Assembly (NCBI GenBank): GCA_035559535.1
Contig: DATMBG010000040.1
Location: 62,001 to 126,000, forward strand
DNA: 64,000 bases
Source: Candidatus Limnocylindrales bacterium
Lineage (GTDB): Bacteria; Moduliflexota; Moduliflexia; Moduliflexales; JAUQPW01
Direction: 5' to 3'
Made by a program: the position numbers and the translations under genes. The notes below the pieces were generated by a model. The model saw nothing but the letters and a program-made list of their open reading frames with translations. It made no database searches and was not told the DNA's origin. Positions 50,444-57,931 of this stretch are shown in pieces (position 1 is the stretch's first letter; each line of letters begins with the position of its first letter).

Positions 50444-51538
50444 TCACCTGATGGCTATTCCGGTCTCCTTATCAAAGAGATGGGACCTGGTTTTATTCAA
50501 GGTCAGATAGACCGTATCTCCGACCCGCAAAGGAAATTCCGGTGTTGTATAAAGTACAAAGGGGGTTGAATGGACCAGGACTTCTACAATATTCTCTTTG
50601 CCGACAGGTTCTATCACATTCACAACGGCAGGAAGGAACTCATTGCCAGATCCTTTTTCCCTGAAAAGGCTTATATCTTCTGGTCGTATTCCAAAAATGA
50701 CCTCCTCGGTCTTTTTCCTTTTCAGAAGGGCCTCTTTTTGGGACTCTGTAAGGGTTATTTTCAGATTCTCCCCCTCAAAAAAGAGATGAGGATGGATTTC
50801 TCTGATCTTTCCAGGGATCATATTCATGGAAGGACTTCCGATAAAACCTGCTACAAAGAGATTAACAGGTCGATTATAAATCTCAAAGGGGGTATCATAC
50901 TGAAGTAACTCTCCTTCATTAAGGACTGCGATTTTATTTCCCATGGTCATGGCTTCCTGCTGATCGTGGCTCACGTAAATAAAAGTAGTTTTGATCTCCT
51001 GATGCAGCTTTTTAATCTCCAACCTCATGTTGGCTCTGAGTTTCGCATCGATATTACTTAAAGGCTCGTCTAAAAGGAAAACCCCAGGATTTCGGATCAA
51101 AGCTCTACCGAGGGCTACACGCTGGCGTTGACCTCCTGAGAGTTCCCGGGATTTTCGGTGGAGCAGGTCCCCAATACCTAACATGGTGGCTATTTTTTTG
51201 ACCCTTTCGGCAATTTCACCTGGGGGAACTTTTCTGAGCTTAAGGCTAAATCCGATATTTTCCGCTACCGTCATGTTAGGATACAGGGCATAACTTTGAA
51301 ACACCATGGCCACATTTCGTTTGTTGGGAGGGACCCAGTCCACCGGTTTATCATCAAAGTAAACATGCCCCGAAGTCTGCTGTTCCAGACCCGCTATGAT
51401 TTCCAGAGTCGTGGATTTTCCACAACCGGAAGGACCTAACAAGATCACAAAATCGTGGTCCTCAATTTCAAGGTTGAGATCTTTAACGGCCACAACCTCT
51501 CCAAAACGTTTATGAATGTTTTCTAACCGGACTTTAAT
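50444..51538 (-). CDS. Sugar ABC transporter ATPase (MalK/UgpC type), probable ATT start
   Basis: GPSGCGKST, VFQSYALYP, LSGGQRQR, DEPLSN, FIGSP; in-frame (M)KVRLENIHKRFGEV upstream of ORF-track GTG 51493. Confidence 0.9.
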   Translation of the reverse strand: MKVRLENIHKRFGEVVAVKDLNLEIEDHDFVILLGPSGCGKSTTLEIIAGLEQQTSGHVYFDDKPVDWVPPNKRNVAMVFQSYALYPNMTVAENIGFSLKLRKVPPGEIAERVKKIATMLGIGDLLHRKSRELSGGQRQRVALGRALIRNPGVFLLDEPLSNIDAKLRANMRLEIKKLHQEIKTTFIYVSHDQQEAMTMGNKIAVLNEGELLQYDTPFEIYNRPVNLFVAGFIGSPSMNMIPGKIREIHPHLFFEGENLKITLTESQKEALLKRKKTEEVIFGIRPEDISLFREKGSGNEFLPAVVNVIEPVGKENIVEVLVHSTPFVLYTTPEFPLRVGDTVYLTLNKTRSHLFDKETGIAIR

Positions 51539-51774
51539 GGGTGATTCACCTCCTATGTTAGGCTAAAGGGTCGTAAAAAATTAAAATCAAAAATTAAATA
51601 TGAAGTCAAGGATTAAAAGTGAATTCTGAAAAAATACTTGACAGGATTCGGTTTCCTGGATACATGACAGATAAGTTTTCCTAAAAAATCAAAACAGGAA
51701 ACAAGAAATAAAAAGCGAGCAGGAGGCGATAACCTCTTGTTTCTTATCCCTTGCTTTTTGCTTCTTGTTTTACC

Positions 51775-52533
51775 ATGAAGCGGCTGGAGAATAAAAAAGC
51801 CATTATCACCGGAAGTGCCAGAGGGATTGGGAAAGCCATTGCCCGGAAGTTTTTACAAGAGGGGGCCCATGTTTTTCTGGTGGATATTCAACAGGAAAGG
51901 CTCCTGAAAACCAGGGATGAACTGGCTTCTCTGGGTGGAGAAGTACAGGTCTATACCGCCGATGTTTCGCAAAAAGCTCAGGTTCAGAGTCTTGTAGAAA
52001 CCGTTCTAAAAACATGGGGGGAGGTAGACATTCTGGTCAACAATGCAGGAATCGCCATTGTAGAGAATTTCCTGGACCTCAAAGAAGAAAATTGGGATCG
52101 CACCTTAGACGTGAATCTTAAAAGCATGTTTTTAGTCTCCCAACTTGTTGCCAGGGACATGGTCAAAAAAGGTCGAGGGGGAGCCATTGTGAACATGGCC
52201 TCCACCAATGGACTCCTGGGTGAGGCTGGACTGGCCCATTATAATGCTTCCAAGGCAGGAGTTATTCTCCTGACCAAAACCTTAGCGATTGAGTTAGCTC
52301 CTTATAACATTCGGGTCAACTGTGTATGTCCAGGATTTATAAAAACAGAACTGGCGGCGGAAGCCGGATTTAACGACACTTTTATCGCGGAATATGTAAA
52401 AAAGATTCCCTTAAACCGACATGGAAAACCCGAAGAAGTTGCCAATGTTTTTGCATTTCTGGCCTCGGATGAGGCTTCTTTTATTACAGGAGCTTCCATA
52501 GTCATCGACGGGGGACAGATTATTAAGGAATAA
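51775..52533 (+). CDS. Short-chain dehydrogenase/reductase (FabG-like)
   Basis: TGSARGIG, NNAG, YNASK, PG; likely start ATG 51775. Confidence 0.9.
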   Translation: MKRLENKKAIITGSARGIGKAIARKFLQEGAHVFLVDIQQERLLKTRDELASLGGEVQVYTADVSQKAQVQSLVETVLKTWGEVDILVNNAGIAIVENFLDLKEENWDRTLDVNLKSMFLVSQLVARDMVKKGRGGAIVNMASTNGLLGEAGLAHYNASKAGVILLTKTLAIELAPYNIRVNCVCPGFIKTELAAEAGFNDTFIAEYVKKIPLNRHGKPEEVANVFAFLASDEASFITGASIVIDGGQIIKE

Positions 52534-52601
52534 AAAAGCCAGGAGCCGGGAGTCCGGAGTCAGAGGAAATTTTGGCTTCTGGCTTTGGGTTTTTCTTTAT
52601 A

Positions 52602-53927
52602 ATGGAGGAAATTGCTAAAAAAATAGATCGTTGGGTTGACACCCATGCCGACGAGATAATCGACCTGGCCAGTCGGCTGGTTCAAATCCCTTCAGAGAAT
52701 AAGCCACCCGTTGGCTTTGAGCTGGCCTGCCAGAACTACTTGAGAAAAGTATTGGAAGACGCAGGGGCCCATGTGGATTATTTCTTTCCGGAAGAGGTCC
52801 CCGGCTTTAAAGAGAGTCCTCTTTACCTGCAAGGGCGTACTTACAAGGACCGCCCCAATGTTGTGGGAACATTTCCGGGAACCGGAGGGGGAAAGTCCCT
52901 CCTGTTAATAGGACATATCGATACGGTACCTATGGAACCCATGCCCTGGATCGAATCCTCTCCTTTTAGTGGTGAAGTAAAAAATGGTAAACTCTACGGT
53001 CGTGGGTCCTATGATATGAAAGGGGGCATGGTGAGTATGTTCTATGGCATTAAGTGCCTTCGAGATTTAGGGATTTCATTGAGGGGAGATGTCCTGGTGG
53101 AAAGCGATGTAGATGAAGAGTATGGCGGCTCTAACGGGACCCTGGCTTCCCGAATCCGGGGATATACCGCCGATGCAGCTATCGTTCCAGAACCAACCAA
53201 TATGGTGGTCTATCCGGTCCACAAAGGTGGCAAATGGTGGAAAATTAATCTGAAGGGAACCCCGGGTAGATCCTTTAGTCAGGAAGAAATCGTAAATCCT
53301 ATCCATCAAATGGCCGAAATCATCCAAATCCTTCGGGATTTCGAGAAGGAGAGAAATACCCGACCAGGTCCTGATATTCACCCGCTTTATCAGGATAATC
53401 CGAACCTGCTGGTGCATATTTGGCAGGTAGGATGTGAAGGGGCTACTTATAGCCCGGCCCCGGGGATAGATGAAAAGGAACATTTAAACGTCCTGACCGG
53501 AGCTCCCAGTGGTTGTTACCTCCATGTCTTTGTAGAAACCCATGAAGGAACTTCTGAAGAGGATCTGGAGAAAGAGTTTACAGGTTATATCCTGAACAGG
53601 ATTGAGAAAAATCCCCTCTTTAAACATTCTAAACCTGAGTTTGAAAAGAAAATTCGATACCTGGAAGGAAGCCATATCCCCATGGATCACCCTTTGCTAA
53701 AATCCATGGAAAAAGCTTATCACTCTTTATCCTCGCGTCCTTTTACCGTCCAGGGGGCTCCCTACCAATGTGATGTATACCTGCTCAATCGTTATTATCG
53801 CGTGCCCACTGCCATTCTGGGACCTGGAGGGGCCAATGCCCATGCCCCGGATGAATACGTGCTTATCCAGGACTTGATTGATCTCACGAAGATTTTTGCC
53901 AGAATTATAGTGGATTGGTGTTCTTGA
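52602..53927 (+). CDS. M20 family metallo-hydrolase (ArgE/DapE-like deacylase)
   Basis: GHIDTVP, GRGSYDMKGG, DEE, EPT, AHAPDE; likely start ATG 52602. Confidence 0.9.
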   Translation: MEEIAKKIDRWVDTHADEIIDLASRLVQIPSENKPPVGFELACQNYLRKVLEDAGAHVDYFFPEEVPGFKESPLYLQGRTYKDRPNVVGTFPGTGGGKSLLLIGHIDTVPMEPMPWIESSPFSGEVKNGKLYGRGSYDMKGGMVSMFYGIKCLRDLGISLRGDVLVESDVDEEYGGSNGTLASRIRGYTADAAIVPEPTNMVVYPVHKGGKWWKINLKGTPGRSFSQEEIVNPIHQMAEIIQILRDFEKERNTRPGPDIHPLYQDNPNLLVHIWQVGCEGATYSPAPGIDEKEHLNVLTGAPSGCYLHVFVETHEGTSEEDLEKEFTGYILNRIEKNPLFKHSKPEFEKKIRYLEGSHIPMDHPLLKSMEKAYHSLSSRPFTVQGAPYQCDVYLLNRYYRVPTAILGPGGANAHAPDEYVLIQDLIDLTKIFARIIVDWCS

Positions 53928-54000
53928 AGCCGTTCACCGTTTTTGGTTAGCAATGAATAATTGGCTAATTGTTCATTGTTAAGGGAGGAAGGAGGGAGTT

Positions 54001-55050
54001 ATGGCCAGGAAGTACAGAGTCGCCGTGCACGGAGCCGGTTGGGTCTCCGGAGAACATATCAAAGCTTTTCAGAGTAATCCCCACGCTGAAGTCGTTGCTG
54101 TAAGCAGTCGAAAAGAATCCAGTGCCAGAGCTAAGGCTCTGGAAGCCGGATTAAAAGACGCAGAGATCTACACCAATTATGAAAAACTGGTAGCCAACAA
54201 AGATATCGACATTGTTTCTATCTGTACCCCCAACGATCTACATGCCCAGGAGACCATCCTGGCGGCTGAAGCCGGTAAACACATCGTGATCGAAAAACCG
54301 GTTGCTCTGAATCTGGAAGATCTGAAAAAGATGCGGGATGCTGTAAGAAAAGCGAAGGTCAAAACCGTGGTCAGTTTTGTCCTTCGCTGGAATCCTTTAT
54401 TTGAAACCATTAAAGCTTTGCTGGCCGATAATGCAGTGGGAGATGTTTTCTATGTGGAGACGGATTATCAACACAATGTGGGTCCCTGGTATGCGGGTTA
54501 TGAATGGGTTACCAAATTTGCCCGTGCGGGTGGGACGTTTCTTGCCGCCGGATGCCATGCCATGGATGCCTTACGATGGTTTGCCGCAAAAGGTCAGTAC
54601 GAAACCATGGATATTGCGGAAGTTACCGCCTATGAAGGAGGGTATCGTCAGAAAGTCGATTTAGACTATCCTGGCTTTAGTTTGGCCATTGTCAAATTCA
54701 AAAACGGGGCTTTGGGAAAGGTGACTTCTAATTTTGATTGCATCATGCCTTACAATTTCCCCATCGAAATCCATGGTGACAAAGGAACCATCAAAGATAA
54801 CCGGGTCTATTCCCACAAATTTCCAGGACAAAAAGGATGGGTCACCATCCCCACGATCCTTCCCGATAGCGGTGATGTAACCCACCATCCCTTTAAAGGC
54901 CAGATTAATCACTTTATTGAATGCATTATGCAGGATAAAGAATCCCACTGTAACCTGGAAGATGTGGTCAATACCCATGAAGCCTGCATTGCTACCATGA
55001 TCTCGGCCAGGGAGAAACGAACGGTAAAATTGCCATTGATAGAGGATTAA
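54001..55050 (+). CDS. Gfo/Idh/MocA family oxidoreductase
   Basis: GAGWVS..H, ICTPNDLH, EKPVA, GCHAMD. Confidence 0.9.
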   Translation: MARKYRVAVHGAGWVSGEHIKAFQSNPHAEVVAVSSRKESSARAKALEAGLKDAEIYTNYEKLVANKDIDIVSICTPNDLHAQETILAAEAGKHIVIEKPVALNLEDLKKMRDAVRKAKVKTVVSFVLRWNPLFETIKALLADNAVGDVFYVETDYQHNVGPWYAGYEWVTKFARAGGTFLAAGCHAMDALRWFAAKGQYETMDIAEVTAYEGGYRQKVDLDYPGFSLAIVKFKNGALGKVTSNFDCIMPYNFPIEIHGDKGTIKDNRVYSHKFPGQKGWVTIPTILPDSGDVTHHPFKGQINHFIECIMQDKESHCNLEDVVNTHEACIATMISAREKRTVKLPLIED

Positions 55051-55473
55051 AGAGATTGCCCTCTGGGGAGGGGTGACCCTGCGGAGTCCTCACGTAGGCC
55101 GCCTCCTCCTTTTCTCCTTACTCCCGGCCCCCATACGCACCAGGATAAGAGTGAGATCCCTGAGAGGGTCCCCTTAATGTCAAACGAGACGTTTAACCTA
55201 CTAACCTTTCCCCGCTTTGCAGGGGAAGGAACTTTGAAGTGAAGTCCCCTCTTCCCCCACCCCTTCCCTCCCCGTATGGGAGGAGGGGCTGGAGAGGGGT
55301 CGGGGGTGAGGGTCACTTAAACATTAAGCAAAATTAAAGTAACAAAGCAGTAATAACTAAGGGTCAAAAATTGACTTGAAAAATTCCAGATCGTTGGTTA
55401 TCCTTCCCTTATTGCCGTAGAGCTTATTCATCCCGGGGAATATATTTTTTGAAATCAGGAGAAATCCAGGGGT

Positions 55474-55610
55474 ATGGAACAATCCATTCTGGGAAAAGTA
55501 CAGGTACTGCCTTTCGACAAGCAGCGGGAAGTTTTAGACTCTGTTAAATTCCTTCGGCAAAGGGCCACCGGGAAACGACCAGGACGAAGTATAAGGGAGA
55601 TGCAGGGGAA
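55474..55610 (+). pseudogene. DUF2281-like antitoxin remnant
   Basis: MEQSILGKVQVLPFDKQREVLDSVKFLRQR resembles the LPxxKQxEVLDFVEFL motif; runs into 8-mer tandem repeats; no toxin follows. Confidence 0.45.
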
Positions 55611-55823
55611 TTCTGTCCTCCGTATTCCCGCATTCCCCTGTCTCCGCGTCTCCATATCCCCCTGTCCTCGCGTCCCGGGAGTGGCGGGAAAGAAGTGGGG
55701 CAAATTTTTGTTCGATGGGGTAGTTCGGTGGTGACTCCTTCTCACTGCTCAATTTTTCCCTTAGAGCACCGCGTGAAGTAAAAATTTCAGGCGGTTGTCT
55801 ACTGGAAAAGGAGGTTAACCCTT

Positions 55824-57095
55824 ATGGAAAGATTATCAATAAATCGGCGAATTTTTCTAAAGACCGGAATAGCCTTACTTGCAAGTGGGGCCACCACGGT
55901 TATGTGGAGTAAAAGTGGTAATGCAGGATCTTTGAAAGAGAATGTAGATGGGTTACTGCGAAGTGCTGCCGACGCAGGTGATATTCCAGGTGTGGTGGCC
56001 ATGGCTACTAACCGGGACGGCACGATTTATGAAGGTGCCTTCGGCCAGCGCATACTGGGTCAAAACATCGCGATGACCACCGATACCGTGGTTTGGATTG
56101 CTTCCATGACCAAGGCCCTTACCACTGCTGCAGCCATGCAGTTAGTCGAACAGGGAAAGCTTGAGCTGGATAGTCCTGCGAGCCGCTGGGTACCGGATCT
56201 TGCTAACGTTGAAGTGTTGGAAGGTTGGGATGCCAGTGGCCAGCCACGCACCCGTGCCCCTAAACGGCCCATTACCCTACGCCACCTGCTCACGCACACG
56301 GCGGGGTTTTCCTACGAGTTCTGGAATGCCGATATCCAGCGTTACCAGCAAGTTAAAAATATTCCCGGAATCGGAACCTGCCAGAACGCCGCCTTACGCA
56401 CACCCCTCGTGGCCGATCCGGGTGAACGCTGGGAATACGGTATCGGAATCGACTGGGCGGGAAAGATGATTGAGGCGGTAAGTGGGAAACGATTGGGGGT
56501 TTATCTGCAAGAAAACCTCTTCAATCCCCTCGGCATGAAGAATACGGCGTTTAAAATCACACCGGAGATGCGGGAACGCCTGGCCAGGGTTCATCAACGT
56601 GGTAGTGACGGTAAACTTACCCCTACCGACTTTGCGATGCCGGAGGAGCCTGAATTCGAGATGGGTGGAGGCGGGCTTTACTCCACGGCCGGAGACTACC
56701 TCCTGTTCATACGTATGATCCTTAATCGGGGTAAAGGAAACGGTAATCAGGTGCTCAAGCCGGAGACCGTAGATCTGATGTCACGAAACGCCATAGGAGA
56801 TCTCAAGGTCCGGATGCTTAAAACCGTGATGCCGGATCTGTCCAACGATGCGGAGTTCTTCCCCGGTATGCCGAAGAGTTGGGGTCTTGGCTTCATGATC
56901 AATGAACAGACTGCACCCACAGGTCGCTCGGCAGGCAGTCTGGCTTGGGCGGGCCTGGCAAATACCTATTTCTGGATTGATCCTTATAAAGGTCTAGGTG
57001 GGGTGTATTTAACCCAGATTTTCCCCTTTGCAGACACGAAATCACTACCGTTGTTCTATGCCTTCGAAAAGGCAGTGTATCAATCCCAGGCCTAA
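55824..57095 (+). CDS. Serine hydrolase, beta-lactamase/EstB family, Tat-like signal
   Basis: NRRIFLK leader, SMTK (SxxK), LLTHTAG, WEYG, GGGGLYST, WAG. Confidence 0.9.
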   Translation: MERLSINRRIFLKTGIALLASGATTVMWSKSGNAGSLKENVDGLLRSAADAGDIPGVVAMATNRDGTIYEGAFGQRILGQNIAMTTDTVVWIASMTKALTTAAAMQLVEQGKLELDSPASRWVPDLANVEVLEGWDASGQPRTRAPKRPITLRHLLTHTAGFSYEFWNADIQRYQQVKNIPGIGTCQNAALRTPLVADPGERWEYGIGIDWAGKMIEAVSGKRLGVYLQENLFNPLGMKNTAFKITPEMRERLARVHQRGSDGKLTPTDFAMPEEPEFEMGGGGLYSTAGDYLLFIRMILNRGKGNGNQVLKPETVDLMSRNAIGDLKVRMLKTVMPDLSNDAEFFPGMPKSWGLGFMINEQTAPTGRSAGSLAWAGLANTYFWIDPYKGLGGVYLTQIFPFADTKSLPLFYAFEKAVYQSQA

Positions 57096-57342
57096 TCGGT
57101 GAGAGCAAACGTGTAATTGAATCTAAAGCTGGAGGTGAAAGAAAAGGGTTCCCTATCTCAGGGTCGGGATCTAGAGGGGGATACACGGATATAAATATCC
57201 TACCCTCCCATGACCGCCTTTGGACAGACCGCCTTACCCCCTCTCCTGAAGTTTCAAGAGAGGAGATAAGGGGGATTGAGGGGGGAACCGGATCGTCCAG
57301 GACGTACTTCAATGTAAAACCGATATCCGGGCCCTGAAACCT

Positions 57343-57672
57343 TTATTTAGTCGCCTTTTTATATCCTAAAAGGACCGTAATTTTGGAACCTTCTCGAAGG
57401 TTTTTGGAAGCATCCGGGAAATGGAGGGTCAGGGTACCGGCATCGGTATGCACGTCTACCAAATCCTTTTTATCTGCAGAGGTGTAAATTTTTATAATCG
57501 TACCCGTCATCTCATGTTCGCCATCGTATTTTCCAGCCGTACCGGTTGTGGTTTCAGGTTTCTGGCCTGTCTGGGTTGAATAAGGCTGCTCCGATCGAGC
57601 AATCTGATTCATTCCCATCCAAACGGTTGTTACTATTAAAGCCAGAAAGAGGATAAACACTTTCCTCATCAT
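57343..57672 (-). CDS. Small secreted hypothetical protein (OB-fold-like)
   Basis: Signal peptide; HEMTGTI..VHTDAGTLTLHFP..LREGSKITV; AAGGAG upstream. Confidence 0.6.
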   Translation of the reverse strand: MMRKVFILFLALIVTTVWMGMNQIARSEQPYSTQTGQKPETTTGTAGKYDGEHEMTGTIIKIYTSADKKDLVDVHTDAGTLTLHFPDASKNLREGSKITVLLGYKKATK

Positions 57673-57931
57673 ATCCTAAACCTCCTTTTTAAAGGTCACT
57701 CCCTTTGAAGCATTGGCTTCAGGGGTTACCTTTTTTCTTTTTAAGGTTCTATTACAACCGAGAAGATTTAAGACGAGGAAACTACTTGAGGTACTACTTC
57801 CAGGGGAAACTACCTTGTGGTAAACCAGGTGCGGGATTGGGAACTGCTCAAAATAACCCTTGTCCTGAAATAACATTAAAGAAAAAGATTCTTTTTAGCA
57901 AGAAAAATTTTTTATCCCCTTCCTTTGAATC

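Noticed and set aside
55047-55316. Short Pro/Gly-rich ORFs here and at 12046-12311, 18712-19019, 62558-62752
   Set aside because: Translations of GC-rich hairpin repeats rather than genes
55824-57095. Antibiotic-resistance beta-lactamase
   Set aside because: LLTHTAG and WAG motifs fit EstB-like esterases; no class C KTG motif
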